The position numbers and the translations under genes are program-made. Source: Spirochaetia bacterium (lineage in GTDB: Bacteria; Spirochaetota; Spirochaetia; SZUA-6; Bin103). Taken from it: a stretch of DNA of 64,000 nucleotides. The notes beneath the pieces were generated by a model. The model did not search any database. It was given only the letters and a program-made list of their open reading frames with translations, and was not told the origin of the DNA. The DNA lies in NCBI GenBank assembly GCA_965203055.1, contig OZ241863.1:2688001-2752000 (forward strand), written 5' to 3'. This document shows, in pieces, positions 39,851-48,701 of the stretch. Numbering within the stretch: the first letter of the stretch is position 1; each line of letters begins with the position of its first letter.

Positions 39851-39900
39851 AAGGTACCGCAGCGCAGCCTGAACGGCAAATTGAAAGCACCCCTTTCAAT
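39851..39900 (-). promoter_or_regulatory. Sigma70-type promoter (probably leaderless) with adjacent inverted repeat
   Basis: TTGCCG(39879-39874)-N17-TACCTT(39856-39851)-N6-ATG; inverted repeat ATTGAAAG-N5-CTTTCAAT at 39880-39900. Confidence 0.62.
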
Positions 39901-40012
39901 CAGCCAACCGACTCCGGGCCGGTGGACGGCTGCGGCGCGCAGGGCGTGGATCCGGTTCGCCAAGCGACCGGTCCCGGCGAGCAGCGCTGCCGGCGTCCCG
40001 GACAGGTCGATT

Positions 40013-40350
40013 TCAAGCGCGCCGACGGAGCATGAAGACTACCGACTGCGCTTCGAGGAGGTTGCGCGGCCATTCGAGTCCACGCGCCCGAGCTTCCTCT
40101 ATCAACTGGTCGAGAAACCCCAACGCGTGCTCATACAGAGTCGCCTCGTCCGCATTATCGTGCGGCTTGGGGTGGTGCGTAAAATCGTATGCCGTCGCGA
40201 ACATTCTCACCCCGAACGGAGGGTAATGTTCGATCGAAATCCTTATGAGCAGGGCGGCGATCAGCCCCATGCGCCCTCCTGCTCCCATGAGATTCCTTAT
40301 TCACGCGGATTCGCAGATTCACCAGGGAATTGCCGTTCTCCTCGCCTGCC
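40013..40350 (-). pseudogene. Lower-GC gene fragment of unknown family
   Basis: Globular-looking translation YPPFG..AYDF..P..ADEATLYEHALGFLDQLIEEARARGL..RNLLEAQSVV; no clean 5' end. Confidence 0.4.
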
Positions 40351-40359
40351 ACTGCGGAA

Positions 40360-41302
40360 GCCGGCGCCGGTGCTGGACCCGGAGGCGCGGCGGGAGCTGG
40401 TGGAGCAGGCGTCCGGCAAGAGCAGCCGGGAGGTGATGCAGTTGCTGGCCGAGGTAGACCCGGAGCTGGCGGCGGCGGCGGATCGGGTGCGGCCTCTGGG
40501 CGGCGGGCGTTGGGAACTCAAGGCGGTGATCGACGATGAGTGCCGGCGCGGCTTGGAGCGGCTGAAGGGCCTCCTGTCCCACGTCGATCCGCACCTGACG
40601 ATGGGGCAGCTCATGGGGCGGCTGGTGCGGGAAGGGCTCGACCGTCACGACCCGGCCCGGCCGCCGCGCGGGCGGCGCGCGGCGCCGGCCAAAGGGGCCG
40701 AGCAAACTTCGGCGCCGAAGACGCAGGCGGCCTCGGCTCGCGGCGCCGCCTCGGCAGCGAAGCAAGAGGCCGGCGCGGACAGCGCCGCTCCTTCGGCGGC
40801 GAAGGTATCGGCTCAGGCGGCGGCGCAGCCGGGAGACGAAGCCGCTTCGCCGCTGCAGGCGAACCGCGGCCCGGACCGCCCGGACACTTCGGCGGTGAAA
40901 CCGGCAGTGAAACCGGCGGGCGACACCACTTCGGCGCCGAAGACGCGGCGCCCCGGCCGGCAGGCTGCACCGGCGGGCGCGGCGCGGGCTGCGCGGCCGG
41001 CGCGGACCGAAACTTCGGCAGCGAAGGCCGGCGGCGTGACCGGCCGCGCCATCCCGGCGGCGGTCAAGCGCGAGGTCTGGCGGCGCGACCGGGGCCGCTG
41101 CCGCTACGTGGACCGCACCAGCGGGCGCCGTTGCGGCTCCCAACACCTGCTGCAGATCGATCACGTCGTGCCGTATGCCCGCGGCGGCGCCGCCGAGCCG
41201 AACAATCTCCGCCTGCTGTGCGCCGCCCATCACCGCTACCGCCACGCCGGCGCCCGATTCGGGCGCCCCGGCGAGGATCGTCAGGCGCCCGTAGACCGGT
41301 GA
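40360..41302 (+). pseudogene. HNH endonuclease with zinc-finger Cys pairs, 5'-truncated
   Basis: RAIPAAVKREVWRRDRGRC..RCGS..LQIDHVVPYARGG..NNLRLLCAAHH; Ala/Pro-rich linker; GC-rich coding style begins abruptly near 40360. Confidence 0.8.
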
Positions 41303-41499
41303 TCAAGATCGCCGAGAAACGTCATCCTGCGCTAGGACTTGGGCTTGGCCGCCAAGCGGTCTGACGCTCACCTACATTTTGGGAAATGCGCCGTGAGTGA
41401 GTGCGGGCTGGCTGATGGGGTCGATGGTCAGCTTGGCGGGCGCATGGTACCATGCGCCCGGCGCGAGGCCAGCAGCCGGCCGGCGCGGAGGGAATCTTA

Positions 41500-43494
41500 T
41501 TGTTGTTGAGTAAAGCGTTGAAGTTATCGCTGTTGATGGCCGCCGGCATCGCCGCGCTGATGGCGTGCGAGCCGGCGGCGCGGCCGCCCGCCATGGCCGC
41601 CGCCCCAGCCCAAGGGGGAGGGGAGCCTCCGAGCGAGCCGACGCCAACTCCGCAGCCGGCAGAGAAGAGGGAGAAGAGCTGGACGATCGGGACGGCTGAC
41701 TTTGGCAATGATGAACTGAACCTGGTGGGCGAAGTGTCCAACCGTGCATCGTTTGACTGGGAGCCGATCACCGCCGGCGCCGAAGTGAGCGTTTCGATTG
41801 GCGGGCATGACCTGCCGTTCACCAGCACGGCGGCAAAGCCGGTCTTCGCGTCCGATATCTCCGGCGCCGAGTGGAAGGTTGCCGCGGAAGTCCGTGCGGG
41901 AGCGATCGTGCTCGTGCTCACGGCCCCGGATCAGTCGGGCGGCGGCGCTGTCGAGTTGGTCACGATCACGAACCCGGGCAGCGGCTACACCTCGCCCCCG
42001 ACCGTCAGCTTTTCCGCCCCGCCGCCCGGCGGCGCCGCGGCAACCGGCACCGCGGTGGGGCCCGATCGCGTCGCCTCCGTGACGGTCGACACCGCCGGCA
42101 GCGGCTACACGTCCCTCCCGACCGTCAGCTTTTCCGCCCCGCCATCCGGCGGCGCCACGGCAACCGGCACCGCGGCGGCAGGGCCCGGCAGCGTCGCTTC
42201 CGTGGACGTTGTCACCCCCGGCAGCGGCTACACCTCGGTCCCAACCGTCACCTTCTCGGCAGCGCCTGCAGGCGGCACCACGGCAACCGGCACCGCGGTG
42301 GCAGGGCCCGGCAGCGTCGCTTCCGTGGACGTTGTCACCCCCGGCAGCGGCTACACGTCCCTCCCGACCGTCAGCTTTTCCGCCCCGCCGTCCGGCGGCG
42401 CCACGGCAACCGGCACCGCGGTGGCAGGGCCCGGCAGCGTCGCTTCCGTGGACGTTGTCACCGCCGGCAGCGGCTACACCTCGGTCCCAACCGTCACCTT
42501 CTCGGCAGCGCCTGCAGGCGGCACCACGGCAACCGGCACCGTGGTGGGGAACGGTCGAGTCCATTCGGTGACGGTCACGAACGGGGGTACCGGCTACGTC
42601 CCTAGCACGGCTACCGTTACGATTTCGGCGCCGCCCTCCGGCGGCACCAGGGCAATGGCCCAAGTGATAGCCCTAGGCGTCGGTGTCATCCAGGGAGTGG
42701 AGGTCAGGAACCGGGGGAGCGGCTACACCTCGGTCCCGACCGTTACGTTTGGCGCACCGTCCAGCGGCACCACGGCCACCGGCACCGCGGCGTTGCGCTA
42801 CGGTGTCGGGTTGGTAACGATCGCCACCGCCGGCGGCGGCTACACCTCGGTCCCAACCGTCACCTTTTCGGCAGCGCCGAGCGGCGGCACCACGGCCGCC
42901 GGCACCGCGGTGCTGCAATACGGTGTCGGGTCGGTAGACGTCACCGGCGGCGGGAGCGGCTACACGTCGGCCCCGACCGTTACCTTTTCGGCCCCGCCAA
43001 GCGGCACCACGGCGACCGGCACCGCGGCGTTGCGCTACGGCGTCGGGTCGGTAACGATCGCCACCGCCGGCGGCGGCTACACCTCGGTCCCAACCGTCAC
43101 CTTTTCGGCAGCGCCGAGCGGCGGCACCACGGCCGCCGGCACCGCGGTGTTGCAATACGGTGTCGGGTCGGTAGACGTCACCGGCGGCGGGAGCGGCTAC
43201 ACGTCGGCCCCGACCGTTACCTTTTCGGCCCCGCCAAGCGGCGGCGGCGCCACCACCGCAGCCGGCACCGCGGTGTTGCACTCCACCGTCACGGCAGTGC
43301 GGATCACGAACCAGGGGAGCGGCTACGCGTCGGCCCCAACCGTTACGCTTTCCGCGCCGACCGGCGGGAGCGGCACCACGGCGACCGCCGAGGCAACGCT
43401 GCGTCCACCCGGCAACGACCAGTACCAAAACCTGTATTGGGCGCGCCATACGCTGAACGGCAAGAAGCTTCTGGTTAAGATCGTGAGCAACTGA
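41500..43494 (+). CDS. GSGYT-repeat surface lipoprotein, copy 2 (12 repeats, intact)
   Basis: GGAGG-N8-TTG; signal peptide and lipobox AGIAALMA-C; Pro-rich linker; 12 units of about 40 aa, VxxVTVxxxGSGYTSxPTVTFSAPPxGGxTATGTA. Confidence 0.85.
   Translation: MLLSKALKLSLLMAAGIAALMACEPAARPPAMAAAPAQGGGEPPSEPTPTPQPAEKREKSWTIGTADFGNDELNLVGEVSNRASFDWEPITAGAEVSVSIGGHDLPFTSTAAKPVFASDISGAEWKVAAEVRAGAIVLVLTAPDQSGGGAVELVTITNPGSGYTSPPTVSFSAPPPGGAAATGTAVGPDRVASVTVDTAGSGYTSLPTVSFSAPPSGGATATGTAAAGPGSVASVDVVTPGSGYTSVPTVTFSAAPAGGTTATGTAVAGPGSVASVDVVTPGSGYTSLPTVSFSAPPSGGATATGTAVAGPGSVASVDVVTAGSGYTSVPTVTFSAAPAGGTTATGTVVGNGRVHSVTVTNGGTGYVPSTATVTISAPPSGGTRAMAQVIALGVGVIQGVEVRNRGSGYTSVPTVTFGAPSSGTTATGTAALRYGVGLVTIATAGGGYTSVPTVTFSAAPSGGTTAAGTAVLQYGVGSVDVTGGGSGYTSAPTVTFSAPPSGTTATGTAALRYGVGSVTIATAGGGYTSVPTVTFSAAPSGGTTAAGTAVLQYGVGSVDVTGGGSGYTSAPTVTFSAPPSGGGATTAAGTAVLHSTVTAVRITNQGSGYASAPTVTLSAPTGGSGTTATAEATLRPPGNDQYQNLYWARHTLNGKKLLVKIVSN
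42090..42540 (+). repeat. Near-identical coding tandem repeat, 123-nt unit with 246-nt higher-order period
   Basis: GGGCCCGGCAGCGTCGCTTCCGTGGACGTTGTCACC starts at 42181, 42304 and 42427; A/B variants alternate. Confidence 0.92.
42781..43243 (+). repeat. Near-identical 237-nt tandem duplication (two protein repeats per unit)
   Basis: GGCACCGCGGCGTTGCGCTACGG starts at 42781 and 43018; the following sequence is almost identical. Confidence 0.92.
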
Positions 43495-43508
43495 ACTCGC
43501 GCGGCTGG

Positions 43509-44744
43509 CTACGGTCCCAGCGCGCCGATGGGAATGACGCCGATGCCGTCGCCGCGCACGTAGCCGTAGCCGCCCGCGACGATGACCGCCAGGGCCGCGG
43601 GAGCCCGGCTGCGGGCCGGGTCCACCCGCCTGGCGAAGCGCAGCAGAGTAGCCGCCGCGGCGTCGATCATTCCCGCTCCCAGCTTGACCTCGAATGCGGC
43701 CCAGGTTCCGTCCGCGGCCTGCACGATGGCGTCCACCTCCAGGCCGGTGTTGTCACGGTACTGCAGCACTTCGGCGTCACGATGCTGGGCGTAGACGCGC
43801 AGGTCGCGGACGACCAGCGACTCGAACAGGAACCCGAACCAGGCAAGGTCCCGCAGCAGCCGATCAGGGTCGGCGCGGAGCGCCGCGACCGCGAGAGAGG
43901 GGTCGACGAAGTGCCGCTTGGGGGCGCCCCTGAGCCGCGACCGCGAGCGCAGGTGCGGCGCCCAGGCCGGTTGATCCTCGACGATCATGAGCCGTTCGAG
44001 CGCCGTCAGGTAGGCATCCGCGGTGTGGTTGTTCAAGTCGGCGGCCATGGTCGAAGCCGCGGCGTAGGTAGCGACGTTGCGGGCGAACGAGCGGAGCAGG
44101 TCGCCGACCTTGGCGGGGTCGCGCCGCGTCTCGTCGACGCGGCCGACGTCGACGCGGCGGATCTCGTCGAGGTAGGCGCGATTGGCCTGCAGCGCCTGGT
44201 TGACGGAGCGTTGCAGATTCCCCGGCCAACCGCCGCGGCAGACCTGCCCGGCAAGTGCCTCGATGGAGAGGGCCGACTCCGCGCTGCGCGGCGCCGCTCC
44301 GGCCAGGAGTGCGCGCAGGGAAACCGCGCCGGAGGAGCGGCCGGTTTCGAACAGGGACATGGGGCGCAGCCGGAGCCGCGTCAGGCGTCCCGCGCCGGTA
44401 TGCCGGGTGACGTCGTCGGCCGGCACCGCGGAGCCGGTGAGGATGAACTGGCCGGGCCGGGCGCGGTCGTCGACGGCGCGGCGCACGTGATTCCAGATCG
44501 CCGGTTCGGTCTGCCACTCGTCGATCAGGCGCGGCGCGGCTCCCGCCAGCACCAGGGCCGGATCGATCGCTACGGCGCGCCGGGCGTTGGCGTCGACGTC
44601 GAGCAGCACTTCGCTGGCCGCCGCCCGCCGGGCGGTGGCCGTCTTGCCGCACGCCTTGGGGCCTTCGATGACCACCGCCCCGGCAGCGCCGAGCCGCTGC
44701 CGCAGCTCGTGGTCCGCAAGGCGCGCCCGGTAGCGCGCCATCAC
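43509..44744 (-). CDS. AAA_14 ATPase with DUF4143 domain
   Basis: EGPKACGKT, LIDEWQ, ILTGS, HTGAGR, PKRHFVDPS, YRDNTGLEVDAIV..FEVK. Confidence 0.92.
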   Translation of the reverse strand: MMARYRARLADHELRQRLGAAGAVVIEGPKACGKTATARRAAASEVLLDVDANARRAVAIDPALVLAGAAPRLIDEWQTEPAIWNHVRRAVDDRARPGQFILTGSAVPADDVTRHTGAGRLTRLRLRPMSLFETGRSSGAVSLRALLAGAAPRSAESALSIEALAGQVCRGGWPGNLQRSVNQALQANRAYLDEIRRVDVGRVDETRRDPAKVGDLLRSFARNVATYAAASTMAADLNNHTADAYLTALERLMIVEDQPAWAPHLRSRSRLRGAPKRHFVDPSLAVAALRADPDRLLRDLAWFGFLFESLVVRDLRVYAQHRDAEVLQYRDNTGLEVDAIVQAADGTWAAFEVKLGAGMIDAAAATLLRFARRVDPARSRAPAALAVIVAGGYGYVRGDGIGVIPIGALGP

Positions 44745-44758
44745 CGCTCCAGTAACAT

Positions 44759-44814
44759 CATTGCAATGTCTCCGGTATCATCATCGCAACGATGATGATA
44801 ACAACATTGCAATG
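44759..44814. promoter_or_regulatory. Nested AT-rich palindrome immediately upstream of the AAA gene
   Basis: CATTGCAATGT...TATCATCATCG-caa-CGATGATGATA...ACATTGCAATG. Confidence 0.7.
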
Positions 44815-44867
44815 TATTCAATAGCAGAATTGCAACGCTCGTCGCGCTGCCGCTGCCGCCGGTTACG

Positions 44868-45656
44868 TTACCAGCGCGGAATCCCGCCGAGCAGCAGCTT
44901 CCGTTGCGGCGTGCCGTGGTCCCGCATGGCGGTCATCTTCGGCCCGTCGAAGGTCTCGCGGGACTTCATCCAGGCGTTCTGGTAGCACATCAGGCAGACG
45001 CGGCGGTTGGCGGGCGAGTGGTTGGCTGCCCCGCGGTGATAGATCCAGCCGTTGAACAGCACCGCCTGGCCCGGCTTGGCGAACACGTACAACTCGTCGG
45101 GGAACACCGCGGCGCTGTCCTTGGGCGGCCGGAAGAGCGCCCGGTGGCTGCCGGGGACGATGACGATCGGGCCGTTGTCGATGGTCAGCTCATCCAGGTA
45201 GTAGCCGCAGTTGATCTGCCCCGGGATCGAACCGAACGGGGTGCCGTCAGGGTCTTGCGGCCACGGCCCGTCGCGGTGCCAGTTCTGTTCCGGCGTACCG
45301 GGCCGGGTCACGCGGCCGGTGGCGCTGTGAAGCTGCACCGCGTTGCCGAGGATGGCCGTCACGCGGGTGAGGACCGGCGGGGTGTCGAGCAGGAACGCGA
45401 AGCGGTCGTCCTCCTCCAGGAGCCGGCTGAAGAAGCTCCCGTACGGCCCCGGGTTGGGCTCTCCTCCCCAGCCCACGGTGGCGCGGGAATGGGCGTCGTC
45501 CATGGCATCGCGGAGCGTCTCGACCTGCTCCGCGGTGAGCGCATCGTCGATGACGAGGTATCCCCATTTCTGGAAGAAACGAACCTCCCGCTCCAGCTCG
45601 GGCGTGAGATCGGGGTTCAGGCGCTGCGGAACGATCGAGAAGTCGGCTGCGGCCAT
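44868..45656 (-). CDS. Phytanoyl-CoA dioxygenase (PhyH) family protein
   Basis: GYLVIDDAL, WHRD, YLDELTIDNGP..VPGSH, IYHRG..N. Confidence 0.9.
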   Translation of the reverse strand: MAAADFSIVPQRLNPDLTPELEREVRFFQKWGYLVIDDALTAEQVETLRDAMDDAHSRATVGWGGEPNPGPYGSFFSRLLEEDDRFAFLLDTPPVLTRVTAILGNAVQLHSATGRVTRPGTPEQNWHRDGPWPQDPDGTPFGSIPGQINCGYYLDELTIDNGPIVIVPGSHRALFRPPKDSAAVFPDELYVFAKPGQAVLFNGWIYHRGAANHSPANRRVCLMCYQNAWMKSRETFDGPKMTAMRDHGTPQRKLLLGGIPRW

Positions 45657-45750
45657 CGCATTCTCCGGGTCGTGGTTTCAATGATTAGGGCGCTTGCCCG
45701 GCCCGGTGGTCAAGCCTCGGGGAGTCCGCCATCATGGCGCTGAAGACGCG

Positions 45751-47316
45751 ATGATCGACCAACCGATGATCGAACGGCGCTTCAGCGACCTCTGGGGGCA
45801 GTTGCAGGGCAAGAAGCCGCATCTGCCGCACTTCCTGGCGGAGATACACCTGCAGGGGATACGCGGGATCGACGACCTGCGCGTGGTGCTGGACTATCCG
45901 GTCAGCGTGATCGCCGGCGGCAACGCCAGCGGCAAGTCGACCGTGCTGTTCGCGGCGGCGTGCGCCTATCGGGTGCCGGGCGCCGGGGTCAGGGACTTCG
46001 TGCCGTCCACGCTGTTTCCCGACTACCGCCCGCGGCACGGCGGACGCGAGGACGAGAAGCGCGCGGTCACCATCGAGTTCGACTACGCCACCCCGGACGG
46101 CCGCCGTTCCATGCGCTGGCGGCGCGCCAAAGGCTGGAACCGCAGCTTCCTGGGGCGCAAGAACGCCAGCCAGCCGGAGCGTCCGGTCTACCTGCGGACG
46201 CTCAGCAACCTCAGCAACCCGTCGGAGGCGCGCGGCGTGCTCAGCATGTCGCAGCGGAGCTCGCCGGCGCAGGAGAGGCCGCTGACCGCCTCGCAGATCG
46301 AGTTCGCGCAACAGCTTCTGCCGTTCCGCTACGCCGAGGTGGTCGATCTGTCCAGCGGCAACAAGAACCTGCTGTTTGCCGCCCAGGAGCGCGGCCCGGC
46401 CTACTCGGAGCTGCACATGGCGGCCGGCGAGCGCGCCATCCTGCGGTTGGCGCAGGAGATCGCGCAGCGCAGCGGGGTGCTGGTGTTGATCGACGAAGTG
46501 GAGGCCGGGCTGCACCCCTGGGTCCAGCAACTGCTGATGCTGCAGTTGCAACAGCTCGCGCTGCGCAACGACCTGCAGATCATCGTCACCACCCACAGCC
46601 CGGTGGTGCTGGACTCGGTGCCGGCCAACGGGCGCATCTTCCTGGACCGCGGCGAGAGCGGGCGGGTAACGGTGCAGCAGGCGCACGTCGACGTGGTGCA
46701 GGACGCGCTGTACGGCCGCTCGCGGGAGGTGCTCAACCTGCTGTGCGAGGACGACGCGGCGCAGGCGGTGGTGCAGGGGGTGCTGGATCACGTGGTGCCG
46801 AAGCGGCGCATCAGAGGGGATTCGGTGCGCATTGGCCGCGATACCGGCGCCGACGAGTTTCCCGCGCACGCCGCGGCGTTCCGCAAGTTCGGGCAGATCG
46901 CCAACTTCGTCTTCATCCTCGACGGCGATCAGCGCGGCAGCGGCATCGACGAGCGCATCCGGGAGCAGGCCGGACGCGCGGTGCCGACCCTGTTCCTGCC
47001 CGGCCGCGAGGCGCCGGAGGCGTGGGTATGGGAACGGCTGCGGCAGGCCGCCGGGCCGATGGCCGTCGGGCTGAGCGTCGATCCGGGGGAGCTGGCCAGC
47101 CGGCTGCACCGGCTCGACGCGGTGTACGACACCGCCTCCGACCGGCCCGCGGCGATCGCCAAGGCGAAGCTGCGCGGCCTGGGCGAGGCCCTGCGCCGGG
47201 AGGCGGCGGACATCTGCCGCACCGTCGCCCGGCTGGAAGCGGAACGTCCCGAAAGCGATCTGCAGCCGTTCGCGGAGGGGCTCGAGACCGTGCTGCTGCA
47301 ATGGCGCGCCGGATGA
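45751..47316 (+). CDS. ABC-type (AAA_15/21) ATPase fused to a TOPRIM-like domain; OLD/PARIS-like putative defence nuclease
   Basis: GGNASGKS, MAAGE, VLIDEVEAGLHP, TTHSP; C-terminal LLCEDDAA and ILDGD. Confidence 0.8.
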   Translation: MIDQPMIERRFSDLWGQLQGKKPHLPHFLAEIHLQGIRGIDDLRVVLDYPVSVIAGGNASGKSTVLFAAACAYRVPGAGVRDFVPSTLFPDYRPRHGGREDEKRAVTIEFDYATPDGRRSMRWRRAKGWNRSFLGRKNASQPERPVYLRTLSNLSNPSEARGVLSMSQRSSPAQERPLTASQIEFAQQLLPFRYAEVVDLSSGNKNLLFAAQERGPAYSELHMAAGERAILRLAQEIAQRSGVLVLIDEVEAGLHPWVQQLLMLQLQQLALRNDLQIIVTTHSPVVLDSVPANGRIFLDRGESGRVTVQQAHVDVVQDALYGRSREVLNLLCEDDAAQAVVQGVLDHVVPKRRIRGDSVRIGRDTGADEFPAHAAAFRKFGQIANFVFILDGDQRGSGIDERIREQAGRAVPTLFLPGREAPEAWVWERLRQAAGPMAVGLSVDPGELASRLHRLDAVYDTASDRPAAIAKAKLRGLGEALRREAADICRTVARLEAERPESDLQPFAEGLETVLLQWRAG

Positions 47317-48665
47317 TGGATGCGAACGCGGCGGCGGACGGCCTGATCGGGCGCGTGCTGCGCTCACCCGTAGCGCGGCTGCTGGGCCTCGGCGTCCTGG
47401 CGCTGGCGCTGCAGGCCCCGGTGCTCTACGTCGGCGAGCTGGTGCGCGAACGGCAGGGTACGCGCGACGCCGCGGTGGCGGAGATGGCGGCGGCCTGGGG
47501 CGGCGCGCAACGGCTTGCCGGACCGTTCCTGCTGGTGCCCTACCGCACGCCGGCGGAGCGGGACGGCGCCCGGCAGGGGGAGGCGGCGGCCACCTTCCTG
47601 CCGGTCGAGCTGCGGGTGACCGCCGACCTGAAGACCGAGCGCCTGCGGCGCGGGTTGTTCCAGGCGCCGGTCTACCGGTCGATCATCGAGCTGTCCGGGA
47701 GGTTCGAGCCGCCGGACTTCCGGCAGTGGGCGGTGGCCGCCGATCAGGTGCTCGGCGAGCGCGCCGAACTGGTATTCGAGGTATCCGACGTGCGGACGAT
47801 TCAGACCGGCGCGCGCCTGCGGTGGGAGGGCAGCGATCTGGAATGGCGGCCGGGTACCGGGCTGCGCGGCGACGGCCGGCCCGGCATACACGCGCGGCTG
47901 CCCGAGCTGGCGGCGGGCGCGCCGGCCGAAGGCGCGCCGGCGGATGGCGCCGGCGGCTGGACGTTCCAGGCAACGCTGGAGCTGGCGGGCAGCGCCGGCC
48001 TGCGGATGGCGCCGGCGGCCGCGGCGACCGCCGTGGAGATCACCGGCGACTGGCCCGCTCCGAGCTTTCAGGGGGCTTGGCTGCCGGCGGAGCGCGAGCT
48101 CCGCGACGGCGGCTTCAGCGCCTCGTGGCGCATCTCCCATCTCGGCCGCGGCTTCCCGCAAAGCTGGCGGGCCGGCGCCTACGGCGAGCAGATCGACGCG
48201 GCCATGGTCGGCGTCGACCTGCTGACGCCGGTCGATCCCTACCGGCAGGCGGTGCGCAGCCTCAAGTACTCGCTGCTGTTCCTGGCGCTGACCTTCGGCA
48301 CCGCGTGGCTGTTCGAGGTGCTGGGCGGCGCCCGGCTGCACCTGATCCACTACGCGCTGATCGGCGCCGCCATGTGCCTGTTCTACCTGCTGGAGTTGGC
48401 GCTCAGCGAGCACCTGGGGTTTCCCGCGGCCTATGCGATCGCCGCCGCTCTGGTAGTCGTCACCAACGGGGCGTACGCCCGGTCGCTACTGTCCACGGGC
48501 CGGGCGGCGCTCCTGGCGGGCGTGCTCGGCGCGCTGTACGCCGGCATGTACGCGCTGCTGCAGCTCGACGACTACGCCCTGCTGGCCGGCGTGGGCGCGC
48601 TGTTTCTCATCCTGGCCGCGGTCATGTACGCCACGCGCCGCGTCGATTGGCACGCCGCCGGCTGA
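47313..48665 (+). CDS. creD: Inner membrane protein CreD family
   Basis: LVRERQ, WGGAQRLAGPFLLVPY, RRGLF, WPAPSFQG.WLP, VDPYRQ..RSLKYSLLF, MYATRRVDW. Confidence 0.92.
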   Translation: MMDANAAADGLIGRVLRSPVARLLGLGVLALALQAPVLYVGELVRERQGTRDAAVAEMAAAWGGAQRLAGPFLLVPYRTPAERDGARQGEAAATFLPVELRVTADLKTERLRRGLFQAPVYRSIIELSGRFEPPDFRQWAVAADQVLGERAELVFEVSDVRTIQTGARLRWEGSDLEWRPGTGLRGDGRPGIHARLPELAAGAPAEGAPADGAGGWTFQATLELAGSAGLRMAPAAAATAVEITGDWPAPSFQGAWLPAERELRDGGFSASWRISHLGRGFPQSWRAGAYGEQIDAAMVGVDLLTPVDPYRQAVRSLKYSLLFLALTFGTAWLFEVLGGARLHLIHYALIGAAMCLFYLLELALSEHLGFPAAYAIAAALVVVTNGAYARSLLSTGRAALLAGVLGALYAGMYALLQLDDYALLAGVGALFLILAAVMYATRRVDWHAAG

Positions 48666-48701
48666 CCCACGCCGCTCGCCGCGCCATGCCGGCGCCATGT
48701 T

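Noticed and set aside
39326..41302. 658-aa ORF as one large HNH protein
   Set aside because: The first ~340 codons are antisense to the AAA gene and to the 40013-40350 fragment; only the part after about 40360 looks coding.
42090..43243. Tandem repeats as a CRISPR array or DGR template/variable repeat
   Set aside because: Units are in-frame multiples of 3 with no unique spacers and no adenine-specific mismatch pattern; no cas or reverse transcriptase gene in the window.
45960..47312. N-terminal extensions in the ORF track (901-aa CreD, 732-aa PrpC, 944-aa ligase, 853-aa thiolase, 641-aa DppC)
   Set aside because: The extensions overlap upstream genes in another frame; true starts are at ATGA/GTGA overlaps.
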